Source of the DNA: Tolypothrix carrinoi HA7290-LM1
Lineage (GTDB): Bacteria > Cyanobacteriota > Cyanobacteriia > Cyanobacteriales > Nostocaceae
Reading direction: 5' to 3'
Assembly: GCA_019358935.1 (NCBI GenBank)
Contig: JAHHIK010000108.1
Location: forward strand, 1 to 27,780
Length of the DNA: 27,780 nt
The notes beneath the pieces are model-generated. The model did no database searches and had not been told where the DNA came from. It saw only the letters and a program-made list of their open reading frames with translations. Positions 1 through 8,492 of this stretch are shown here, one piece after another (position 1 is the first letter of the stretch; each line of letters opens with the position of its first letter). The position numbers and the translations under genes are program-made.

Positions 1-93
1 CGTTTAAGTAAGGATTATGAACGTCTACCAGAAACTTCGGAAACTTTTATTTATATTGCGATGATACGTATTATGATTCGACGACTCGCATGA
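1..93 (+). CDS. IS5-family (IS1031-like) transposase, C-terminal end only (runs in from the window edge)
   Basis: Frame 1 translates as RLSKDYERLPETSETFIYIAMIRIMIRRLA*, the characteristic RLxKDYE C-terminus of IS5/IS1031 transposases. It is not in the ORF track because it has no start in the window. Confidence 0.9.
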   Translation, partial: RLSKDYERLPETSETFIYIAMIRIMIRRLA

Positions 94-126
94 TTTTTGA
101 CCTGCTTCGACTTTTCAAACATCCTC
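1..126 (+). mobile_element. Right end of an IS5-family insertion sequence
   Basis: The transposase stop at 91-93 is followed by CTTTTCAAACATCCTC (111-126; reverse complement GAGGATGTTTGAAAAG), which resembles an IS1031-group terminal inverted repeat. TGA (127-129) fits a TNA target duplication. Confidence 0.8.
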
Positions 127-512
127 TGAGACACTTCGTGACTTTGGATAAAGCTGGAAATGCACCCAAGAGCGAGAAGGTTGTACCCGATGGACCTGTA
201 GGATACTGGAGTTCTCTCCCGGAGCAAGAGAGTTTAGTCTCTTTGTTGGAAACTAATAATATTCCAGCCAGGATCTCAAATGATTGTGGAACTCATCTTT
301 GCAATCAAATTTTCTATTCCTTTCTTCACTGGAAGGAAATTCATAAATATGATATGAAAGTTGGCTTTGTCCACATTCCCATATTGCCAGAACAGGTAAT
401 CAAGTTTTGGTCAGAGTCACCATTTATGCCAATGGACATGACCCGTAAAGCTCTATTGCTAATTATCAGCAGGCAGATTCAAGTACTTGATTCAAACGCG
501 CTTTCGGTCTAA
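127..512 (+). pseudogene. pcp: Pyroglutamyl-peptidase I (peptidase C15), 3' portion, interrupted by the IS5 element
   Basis: Motifs DKAGNAP..PDGPVGYWSSLP, ISNDCGTHLCN (catalytic Cys region) and GFVHIP (catalytic His) are present. The N-terminal part is missing, and the first ~12 codons of ORF 90..512 are IS sequence. Confidence 0.85.
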
Positions 513-636
513 CACCACGCTACAGCACGTTGCACTGAACGTGTGATACGCTCTTGTTGCTTACGGGTATGAAATATTGTTGCTAGGCTATGAATAGCTG
601 ATTCAATACAGCTATGAGCGATCCAAGAGGGGAATT

Positions 637-861
637 ATGCCGCATACAATTGTTACTAATGTCTGTGAAGGTGTCGCAGATTGCGTAGATGCCTGTCCAG
701 TAGCTTGCATTCATCCAGGACCTGGGAAAAATACCAAGGGAACAGATTGGTATTGGATTGACTTTGCTACCTGCATTGATTGTGGTATATGTCTTCAAGT
801 ATGCCCGGTAGAAGGAGCGATCGTTCCCGAAGAAAGACCGGATTTGCAAAAAACACCATAA
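637..861 (+). CDS. Bacterial-type dicluster (3Fe-4S/4Fe-4S) ferredoxin
   Basis: 74 aa with CEGVADCVDACP and CIDCGICLQVCP cysteine motifs; a GAGGGG RBS lies upstream. Confidence 0.92.
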   Translation: MPHTIVTNVCEGVADCVDACPVACIHPGPGKNTKGTDWYWIDFATCIDCGICLQVCPVEGAIVPEERPDLQKTP

Positions 862-926
862 TAGTTATTAGTCCAGAGTCCATAGTCAATAGTTATTTTT
901 ATTTGACTAATGACTCTTGACTAATG

Positions 927-1016
927 ACGGCAGGTGCTTCAAGCCGGGAAACCCTTTCAGCAGTCGCTCATGGGGGAAACCCCCAAGACCGCGCTGCTTC
1001 ACCAACGCACTGCCTC
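927..1016 (+). repeat. Nested small dispersed repeats (SDR-like): type B inside type A
   Basis: Outer ACGGCAGGTGCTTCAAGCCGGGAAACCC...CCAACGCACTGCC encloses CAGTCGCTCATGGGGGAAACCCCCAAGACCGCGCTGCTTCA. Both pieces recur, reverse-complemented, at 19561-19656. Confidence 0.75.
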
Positions 1017-1060
1017 CCCAATGCCCAATGCCCAATGCCCAATGACCAATGACTAATGAC
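1017..1060 (+). repeat. STRR heptamer tandem repeat (CCCAATG/ACTAATG)
   Basis: About six degenerate heptamers running into the start of the next ORF. Confidence 0.85.
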
Positions 1061-1777
1061 TATTTATTAGAAGTTAACGATGTCCGCGCTGGATATATTA
1101 AAGACGTGGATATTTTGCAAGGCGTAAATTTTCGCGTGGAAGCGGGGGAATTAGTTACAGTAATTGGTCCCAACGGTGCTGGTAAATCCACCTTGGCAAA
1201 AACGATTTTTGGACTTTTGACACCTCATACAGGTACAATTACCTTCAAAGGTGAAAATATTGCCGGACTAAAGTCTAATCAAATTGTGCAGCGGGGAATG
1301 TGCTACGTACCGCAAATCGCCAACGTTTTCCCCTCCCTCAGCGTGGAAGAGAACCTAGAAATGGGTGCTTTTGTCCGCAACGTTGCTTTAAAGCCGTTGA
1401 AAGACAAAATATTTAGCATGTTTCCTAGATTAAGCGATCGCCGTCGTCAACGTGCCGGCACCCTTTCTGGTGGGGAACGTCAAATGTTAGCAATGGGCAA
1501 AGCTTTGATGTTAGAACCGAGTTTGCTGCTATTAGATGAACCTTCAGCAGCTTTATCTCCTATTTTGGTAACGCAAGTATTTGACCAGATTAAACAAATA
1601 AATCAAAGCGGTACAGCGATCGTATTAGTAGAACAAAACGCTCGTAAGGCACTAGAAATGGCTCATCGGGGTTGCGTGCTAGAATCTGGACGCGATGCTA
1701 TCACAGGCGCCGGTCAAGACTTGTTGAACGATCCTAAAGTCGGTGAATTGTATTTGGGTGCAGGGAAGAGGCATTAG
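1049..1777 (+). CDS. livF: Branched-chain/neutral amino acid ABC transporter ATP-binding subunit (LivF/NatE type)
   Basis: Walker A GPNGAGKST, signature AGTLSGGERQMLA, LLLLDEPS, LVEQNA. Confidence 0.9.
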   Translation: MTNDYLLEVNDVRAGYIKDVDILQGVNFRVEAGELVTVIGPNGAGKSTLAKTIFGLLTPHTGTITFKGENIAGLKSNQIVQRGMCYVPQIANVFPSLSVEENLEMGAFVRNVALKPLKDKIFSMFPRLSDRRRQRAGTLSGGERQMLAMGKALMLEPSLLLLDEPSAALSPILVTQVFDQIKQINQSGTAIVLVEQNARKALEMAHRGCVLESGRDAITGAGQDLLNDPKVGELYLGAGKRH

Positions 1778-1940
1778 GGAGATGGGGGAGCCAGTTGATT
1801 AAGTTTTGTAAAGAAAAAGCAGCTTTGGCATAAAACTCGCACTTCTAAAGCTGAGAAGTATACAGAAGTTACTTTGACTTTCAGCAATTGTGGTTTACTG
1901 AAAACTGGTGCAACTGTTACAAAGTGGTGAGGGGAGTGCA

Positions 1941-4900
1941 ATGTTTAAGATGAGTATTCGTTTGGGCTGGTTTTTAGGAATTGCGAACTTGTGTGCGATC
2001 GCTTCCTCTTTTAATTGTGCTTCTGCCCAAATTACCCCAGATAGCACTCTCCCGAATAATTCCATCGTTACACCAAATGGCAGCACCCTCAATATCACAG
2101 GAGGAACCCAAGCTGGTGGTAACTTGTTTCACAGCTTTAGCGAGTTTTCTGTTCGCAATGGTGGCACTGCTTTCTTTAATAATGGTGTAGATATTCAGAA
2201 TATCATCAGCCGGGTAACGGGTAGGTCAGTCTCTGAAATTGATGGTTTGATTCGTGCTAATGGCAATGCTAACCTTTTTCTGATTAATCCCAATGGAATT
2301 ATTTTTGGGCGTAATGCCAGCTTAAATGTTGGTGGTTCGTTTGTGGCGAGTACAGCGAATGCATTGCAATTTGGAAACCTCGGATTTTTTAGCGCTACTG
2401 ATAAAAATATCCCTTCACCGTTGTTGACTATTAATCCTTCAGCATTGCTATTTAATCAGATTAATCAAAACGCAGCGATTCAAAATAACTCAGTTGCACC
2501 CCCAAGAAGAGATCCACCAAGCTTAAACGCATTTGGTTTACAAGTACCAGATGGTAAGAGCTTACTACTGGTGGGTGGTAACGTCAGCATGGATAGGGGA
2601 CGATTAAATGCTAATGGTGGACGAGTTGAGTTAGGAGGATTGACGGAAGCTGGTACTCTAACGCTGGGTGTAGATGGCGATAATCTCAGCTTGATATTTC
2701 CTGATAATGTTGCGCGAGGTTCGGTATCCCTTACTAATCAAGCAGGTATATATGTAAGTGGGGCTGGTGGCGGTAATATTGCAGTTAATGCCAGGAATCT
2801 AGAGATTTTAGGAGGAAGTGTCCTAAGTGCTGGTATTAGTCGAGGTTTGGGGACACCTGAAACTGTTGCAGGAGATATTACGCTTAATGCTACCGGGGAA
2901 ATCAAAGTTGCTGATGGGAGCATAGTTGCCAATCAAGTGCGTTTGGGGTCAAAAGGCAATGGGGGTAACATTACTATCGATTCTGGTTCATTCTCGTTAC
3001 GCGATCGCGCTGTACTTGTTGCCTCAACTTTTGGACAAGGGAATGCGGGGAATGTGACAGTGCGGACACTCGATGCTGTTTCCCTCGCAGATGCTTACAT
3101 CCTCAGCACGGTGGAATCACGGGGTGTAGGTAAGGGAGGCAATATCGATATCAATGCTGCAAAAGTGTCACTAATTGATGGCGCTCAACTTCAAGCCTTA
3201 ACCCGTGGACAAGGGAATGCGGGAAATGTGACAGTGCGGGCACGAGATGCTGTTTCTCTTGCAGATAATGCTTACATCTTCAGCACGGTGGAACCAGGGG
3301 GTGTAGGTAAGGGAGGTAATATCGACATCAATGCTGCAACCCTCTCGCTAAAAGATGGCGCTCAACTGCAAACCCTTACTCGTGAAGCATCTGATACCGG
3401 TCCAGCAGGACGGGGCGATGCGGGGAATGTCAATGTGAAAGTTACTGGCGCTGTTGATATTGCTGGGAAGAAAAATGGTATTAGTGCGATTTTCAGCCGG
3501 GTGGAACCGGGGACAGTTGGCAATGGGGGTAACATTACTATCGATTCTGGTTCCTTCTCGTTACGCGATCGCGCTCAACTTGAAGCCTCAACTTATGGAC
3601 AAGGGAATGCCGGGAATGTGACAGTGCGGGCACGAGATGCTGTTGATCTTGCAGATGCTTCCATCTTCAGTACAGTGGAATCAGGGGGTGTAGGTAAGGG
3701 AGGTAATATCGACATCAATGCTGCAACCCTCTCGCTAAAAGATGGCGCTCGACTGCTAACTATTACTCGTAAAGCATTTGATACCGGTCCTGCAGGACGG
3801 GGCGATGCGGGGAATGTCAATGTTAATGTTACAGGCATTGTTGATATTGCTGGGGAAAAAAACGGTTTATTTAGTGGGATTCGCAGCTTGGTGGAAACGG
3901 GGACAGTTGGCAATGGGGGTAACATTACTATCGATTCTGGTTCATTCTTGTTACGCGATCGCGCTCAACTTGAAGCCTCAACTTATGGACAAGGGAATGC
4001 GGGGAATGTGACAGTGCGGGCACGAGATGTTTCTGTTGCAGATGCTGCCATCCTCAGCACGGTGGAACGAGGGGGCGTAGGTAAAGCTGGCAATATCGAC
4101 ATCAATGCTGCAACACTATCACTAATTGATGGCGCTCAACTGCTAACTATTACTCGTCGTGCATCTGATACCGGTCCAGCAGGACGGGGGGATGGGGGGA
4201 ATGTCAATGTGAATGTTACTGGCGCTGTTGACATTGCTGGGAAGAAAAACGATATTGCCAGTGGGATTCGCAGCAGTGTGGCAACTGGGACAGTTGGCAA
4301 TGGGGGTAACGTTACTATCAATTCTGGTTCCTTCTCATTACGCGATGGCGCTAGACTTCAAGCCTCAACCCTTGGACAAGGGAATGCGGGGAATGTGACA
4401 GTGCGGGCACTTGATGCTGTTTCCCTTGCAGATGCTGCCATCCTCAGCACGGTGGAACGAGGGGGCGTAGGTAAGGGAGGTAATATCGACATCAATGCTG
4501 CAACCCTCTCGCTAAAAGATGGCGCTCAACTGCAAACCCTTACTCGTGGTGCATCTGATACCGGTCCAGCAGGACGGGGGGATGCGGGGAATGTCAATGT
4601 TAATGTTACTGGCGCTGTTTATATTGCTGGGCAGAAAAACGATTCTGCCAGTGGGATTTTTAGCTTGGTGCAAACTGGGACAGTTGGCAATGGGGGCAAC
4701 ATTGCTATCGATTCTGGTTCCTTCTCCTTACAAGATCGCGCTCAACTTTCTGCTGAAACCCTTGGACAAGGGAATGCAGGTGCAATCAAAGTTAATGCTG
4801 CTGATTTTTTCACCATTTCTAGCAAGAGTTCAAACATTAACACTGGCTTGTTTGTGAACTCCCAAAGTACGACGGGTACTGCTGGAGATATTATTGTCAC

Positions 4901-5726
4901 CTCACCCAAAGTTACCCTAGACAACGGTGGCAGACTCAACGCCGAATCTGCATTGGGTCAAGGTGGAAACATCAACTTACAAACTGATTTACTTGTTCTC
5001 CGTCGTGGCAGTCAAATCTCTACCACCGCAGGCACGGCACTAGCTGGTGGTAATGGTGGCAATATTAATATTGATGCTCCCAATGGCTTCATCGTTGCCG
5101 GAGCAAGGGAAAATAACGACATCACCGCTAATGCGTTTAGTGGCAGTGGAGGGAGAGTCACAATTAACGCTACTGGCATTTATGGTATGACAGTGCGTAC
5201 TCGTGAAGACTTGGTGAGGCTGCTAGGAACTAACTTAGACCCTCAACTACTACCAACGAATGACATCACAGCAATTTCCCAGACAAGTCCGACTTTAAAC
5301 GGTACTGTAACAGTCAACACCCCAGATGTAGACCCGAACAGTGGATTAGTCAACTTGCCAACCGTAGCACTTGACACCGAAGTGTCCCAAGTCTGTCAAC
5401 CACGTTCAGCAGAAAATCAAAGCAGTTTTGTCATTACTGGACGCGGTGGCTTACCCCCCAATCCTAGAACCGATCTTCTCAGCGGTGACGCAGTTGAAGT
5501 AGATTGGGTAACGCTTAAGCCAAATAGTAACAACCGCTCTACTCCAACTGTTATAAAAAATCCCACTGCGACTCCACCACAACCTATTATTGAGGCTACT
5601 GGGTGGGTGCGAAACGAAAAGGGAGAGGTTGTTTTAACAGCGAATCCGTCCACAGTTACACCTCATAGTCCTTGGATAACCCCTGCATCTTGCAATACTA
5701 AAACGTCAGTCTCAGAATCTAGGTAA
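1941..5726 (+). CDS. Filamentous haemagglutinin-family (TpsA-like) beta-helical exoprotein
   Basis: Signal peptide ending ASA-QITPD; haemagglutination-activity domain (NLFHSFSEFSV, NLFLINPNGIIFG); GNAGNVTV/GKGGNIDI repeats; cyanobacterial C-terminus SSFVITGRGGLPPNP...EATGW. ATG 1941 follows a GGGGAG RBS (the ORF track starts at 1908). Confidence 0.92.
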   Translation: MFKMSIRLGWFLGIANLCAIASSFNCASAQITPDSTLPNNSIVTPNGSTLNITGGTQAGGNLFHSFSEFSVRNGGTAFFNNGVDIQNIISRVTGRSVSEIDGLIRANGNANLFLINPNGIIFGRNASLNVGGSFVASTANALQFGNLGFFSATDKNIPSPLLTINPSALLFNQINQNAAIQNNSVAPPRRDPPSLNAFGLQVPDGKSLLLVGGNVSMDRGRLNANGGRVELGGLTEAGTLTLGVDGDNLSLIFPDNVARGSVSLTNQAGIYVSGAGGGNIAVNARNLEILGGSVLSAGISRGLGTPETVAGDITLNATGEIKVADGSIVANQVRLGSKGNGGNITIDSGSFSLRDRAVLVASTFGQGNAGNVTVRTLDAVSLADAYILSTVESRGVGKGGNIDINAAKVSLIDGAQLQALTRGQGNAGNVTVRARDAVSLADNAYIFSTVEPGGVGKGGNIDINAATLSLKDGAQLQTLTREASDTGPAGRGDAGNVNVKVTGAVDIAGKKNGISAIFSRVEPGTVGNGGNITIDSGSFSLRDRAQLEASTYGQGNAGNVTVRARDAVDLADASIFSTVESGGVGKGGNIDINAATLSLKDGARLLTITRKAFDTGPAGRGDAGNVNVNVTGIVDIAGEKNGLFSGIRSLVETGTVGNGGNITIDSGSFLLRDRAQLEASTYGQGNAGNVTVRARDVSVADAAILSTVERGGVGKAGNIDINAATLSLIDGAQLLTITRRASDTGPAGRGDGGNVNVNVTGAVDIAGKKNDIASGIRSSVATGTVGNGGNVTINSGSFSLRDGARLQASTLGQGNAGNVTVRALDAVSLADAAILSTVERGGVGKGGNIDINAATLSLKDGAQLQTLTRGASDTGPAGRGDAGNVNVNVTGAVYIAGQKNDSASGIFSLVQTGTVGNGGNIAIDSGSFSLQDRAQLSAETLGQGNAGAIKVNAADFFTISSKSSNINTGLFVNSQSTTGTAGDIIVTSPKVTLDNGGRLNAESALGQGGNINLQTDLLVLRRGSQISTTAGTALAGGNGGNINIDAPNGFIVAGARENNDITANAFSGSGGRVTINATGIYGMTVRTREDLVRLLGTNLDPQLLPTNDITAISQTSPTLNGTVTVNTPDVDPNSGLVNLPTVALDTEVSQVCQPRSAENQSSFVITGRGGLPPNPRTDLLSGDAVEVDWVTLKPNSNNRSTPTVIKNPTATPPQPIIEATGWVRNEKGEVVLTANPSTVTPHSPWITPASCNTKTSVSESR
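2955..4785 (+). repeat. Intragenic ~390-bp (~130 aa) tandem repeats
   Basis: A GGCAATGGGGG.AAC.TT.CTATC.ATTCTGGTTC anchor occurs near 2955, 3519, 3909, 4296 and 4686. The first unit is longer because of an extra sub-repeat. Confidence 0.9.
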
Positions 5727-5863
5727 TATCTTGCTCAACGCAGGTACGACCGGACAACATAGCTGCAAGGGCATTAACTCTAACCGCAGCGTTACAAATT
5801 ATTTCCGCTGGCGTGGACAGGGGGAGGGGGAGAGGGGGGGAAGGGGAGAGGAATTTTCCCCTA

Positions 5864-5920
5864 TGCCCATTGCCCATTGCCCAATGCCCATTGCCCAATG
5901 CCCATTGCCCATTGCCCAAT
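5864..5920 (+). repeat. STRR heptamer tandem repeat (TGCCCAT/TGCCCAA)
   Basis: About eight tandem heptamers preceded by a G-rich tract. Confidence 0.9.
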
Positions 5921-6024
5921 TTCCAAAAATTAAATGACTCTTAAACCGTGTAAGAAGGTACTCTCACATCCCTCTTAAGTCTGATATGTTCCTGGCAACA
6001 ACTAAACTGTTGTCAGGTAAATCA

Positions 6025-6756
6025 ATGAGTCGAATTAATGGATTTGTCGGGCGTCGTCATTTCTTAAAGCTGGCTAGTATGGCTGGCTTTGGTATTGCTA
6101 CTTATAGCATACTTTGGGGCACACAGCAAGCTGTTAATTCACAAACCATACTTGCTGATGCTCATCCAGTCAACCCCAATCCAGTTAGTTCTGATGCAGC
6201 TTTAAAAAGATTATTGGATGGTAATAAACGGTTTGTACAGCAAAAACGTCAATATCCAGACGAATCGCGAGAACGTTTGCGATTCGTTTCTAAAACACAG
6301 TATCCTTTTGCCGCGATATTGGGCTGTGCAGATTCTAGAGTACCAGCAGAAATTATCTTCGATCAAGGACTTGGAAATTTATTTGTGGTGCGAGTCGCTG
6401 GTAATGTCGTCAATGATTTGGTTACAGGCAGCCTAGAATATTCTACAACAGTATTGGGTTCTCAGTTAATCCTGATTTTAGGTCATAGAAGATGCGGTGC
6501 AGTCGCCCAAGCAATCAAAAACGAGCTAGTTCCGGGGAAAATTGGCTTTGTTGTTGAGGGCATTAAACCTGCCGTAGAAAGGGTAAAATTAACAACCGGC
6601 GACATCACCGAAGATGCGGTTCTTGCCAATATTCAATATCAGGTTGAAGAATTGGCGAAATCAAGGATTTTGGCGAAATTGGTTAGCGTTGGCAAACTAA
6701 AAATAGTTGGCGGTTGTTACGATCTTGATACTGGCAAGGTAACTGTAATTACTTAA
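6025..6756 (+). CDS. Beta-class carbonic anhydrase with Tat signal peptide (EcaB-like), copy 1
   Basis: GCADSRV and GHRRCGAV Zn ligands; N-terminus MSRINGFVGRRHFLK. Start 6025 was chosen by identity to the paralogue's N-terminus and an upstream AGGT. Confidence 0.92.
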   Translation: MSRINGFVGRRHFLKLASMAGFGIATYSILWGTQQAVNSQTILADAHPVNPNPVSSDAALKRLLDGNKRFVQQKRQYPDESRERLRFVSKTQYPFAAILGCADSRVPAEIIFDQGLGNLFVVRVAGNVVNDLVTGSLEYSTTVLGSQLILILGHRRCGAVAQAIKNELVPGKIGFVVEGIKPAVERVKLTTGDITEDAVLANIQYQVEELAKSRILAKLVSVGKLKIVGGCYDLDTGKVTVIT

Positions 6757-6812
6757 TATAATTGAGTTCAAGTGCGTAAATACGACAAAAAATGTCGTTT
6801 TCTATGGTTTTA

Positions 6813-6904
6813 GCGATGTCTGACGACAAGCCCTTCGGGTTCGGGAGTTCGCAATCGACGGGAACCGCCAAGACTGCGACTCCCTCACCGCTTTGCGTCT
6901 ACGC
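6813..6904 (+). mobile_element. SDR5-like small element inside a split HIP1 site, itself carrying a nested element
   Basis: GCGAT(6813-17)-GTCTGACGACAAGCC[...]GCTTTGCGTCTA-CGC(6902-04). The inner segment ends ...CAAGACTGCGACTCCCTCA-CC, like the type B repeat at 955-1001. Confidence 0.7.
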
Positions 6905-7168
6905 CAACCATAGACAAACACCACACTCAAGCCAAATATTCTTCTATAGCTAAAAAGTTCAATTGTTATACCGAATTTTGGTATATTCGGTGCAAATAAG
7001 AAAAGATTTTTTGATTACTCAGTTGCAGTAATACTTTAGATTGTCCTGACTCATAGCGTCTTTGCTTTCTCTGTATATATAGGGATGCTTTCGTTGCGGA
7101 TGAGGATGGAATTTATTTGTATAGCAACTTGGTATCTGCTTTTTTGTGTATCAAATTAAGGTGAATTA

Positions 7169-7903
7169 ATGAGCCGAATTAATGGATTTGTTGGGCATCG
7201 TAATTTATTAAAGTTAGTAGGTGTGGGAGGTGCTGGTATTGCTGCTACTGCTGCTGGCAGTGTACTTTTAAGTGGAGAGAAAGCTGTTGCTCAACAACAA
7301 TCTACTCCTGTACAAAAACCTCAACCAGTTAGTCCTGATGCAGCTATAAAAAGATTGGTGGAAGGAAATCAACGGTTTGTTGACGGAAAGCGTCTCAACC
7401 CCAACCAATCACGGTTGCGTTTGCAAGAAACTTCCGTAGCTCAGTATCCGTTTGCAGCTATACTAGGTTGTGCCGATTCTAGAGTGCCTGCGGAAATTGT
7501 TTTCGATCAGGGACTAGGAGATTTATTTGTCGTGCGAGTTGCTGGTAATGTAGCTGCTCAAGAGGCTATAGGTAGTCTAGAATTTGCTACAGCCGTATTA
7601 GGTGCCCAAACTATCATGGTTTTAGGTCATGCGAGATGCGGTGCAGTATCAGCTGCTATAAAAGGCGATCCTCTACCAGGTAGAATTGGCATTTTTGTTG
7701 AAGAAATCAAGCCAGCTGTAGAAAGGGTAAGAAACAAAACTGGCAATATAGAAGAAAATGCCATTATTGCTAATGTACAATATCAGGTGGGAAGGTTGGC
7801 AGAAAGCTCAACGATTTTAGGAAAGTTGATTAAAGAAGGCAAACTGAAAATAGTTGGTGGTCATTACGACCTCGCTAAAGGAAAAATCACCATGTTAAGC
7901 TGA
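7169..7903 (+). CDS. Beta-class carbonic anhydrase (EcaB-like), copy 2
   Basis: GCADSRV and GHARCGAV. The Tat-like leader has HR instead of RR. Confidence 0.93.
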   Translation: MSRINGFVGHRNLLKLVGVGGAGIAATAAGSVLLSGEKAVAQQQSTPVQKPQPVSPDAAIKRLVEGNQRFVDGKRLNPNQSRLRLQETSVAQYPFAAILGCADSRVPAEIVFDQGLGDLFVVRVAGNVAAQEAIGSLEFATAVLGAQTIMVLGHARCGAVSAAIKGDPLPGRIGIFVEEIKPAVERVRNKTGNIEENAIIANVQYQVGRLAESSTILGKLIKEGKLKIVGGHYDLAKGKITMLS

Positions 7904-7934
7904 TTTTGGCAAGCTTTCTTTGTTTATAATTTTC

Positions 7935-8366
7935 GTGCTTAAAGTCAGTTCACAACACTTGCAAATAATCCGCACCCATGCCGCAAGCACTTATCCGGAA
8001 GAGTGCTGCGGTATAATATTGGGTTATCTGGCTAATGAGAGCAAAACTGTGGTAGAAGTAATACCAACAGAAAATGCTTGGAGTGGAGAGACAGTACTGG
8101 ATAATAAAAGGCGGCGATATGCGATCGCACCCGAAATCATGCTAAAAATACAAAAAGAAGCACGCTCTTGCTCTTTAAATATTATTGGTATATACCACTC
8201 GCATCCCGACAATCCAGCGATTCCCTCAGAAAGCGATCGCATACTCGCTTGGCAAGAATATTCATATATCATAGTTTCTGTCCCCAATGGCAAAGCAGGT
8301 GAACTCAAAAGCTGGCATCTTGATGACACTCACCAATTTCAAGAAGAAGCAATTGAAATTGCATAA
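7935..8366 (+). CDS. JAB/Mov34/MPN (M67) metallopeptidase
   Basis: YPEECCG and YHSHPDNPAIPSESD JAMM motif. GTG 7935 is preferred over TTG 7920. Confidence 0.88.
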   Translation: MLKVSSQHLQIIRTHAASTYPEECCGIILGYLANESKTVVEVIPTENAWSGETVLDNKRRRYAIAPEIMLKIQKEARSCSLNIIGIYHSHPDNPAIPSESDRILAWQEYSYIIVSVPNGKAGELKSWHLDDTHQFQEEAIEIA

Positions 8367-8400
8367 AAAAAATTAACAATTCAAAATTTTATATTTTCTT

Positions 8401-8438
8401 CCCCCACTCCCCCACTCCCCCACTCCCCCACCTCCCCA
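8401..8438 (+). repeat. STRR heptamer repeat (CCCCACT)x5
   Basis: Tandem heptamers visible directly. Confidence 0.9.
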
Positions 8439-8492
8439 CAGCGTCACATTTTTCGGTAGGATTAATATTCCGCGCTTCCACATCAAACTGTT

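Noticed and set aside
2955..4785. Haemagglutinin repeats as a diversity-generating retroelement TR/VR pair
   Set aside because: The repeats are in-frame coding units, differences are not confined to adenines, and no reverse transcriptase is present in the window.
5719..5937. Short ORFs 5719..5919 and 5731..5937 (also 16342..16573, 19416..19655, 19833..20024, 25010..25204)
   Set aside because: They are translations of STRR, SDR or duplicated upstream DNA, with low complexity and no protein motifs.
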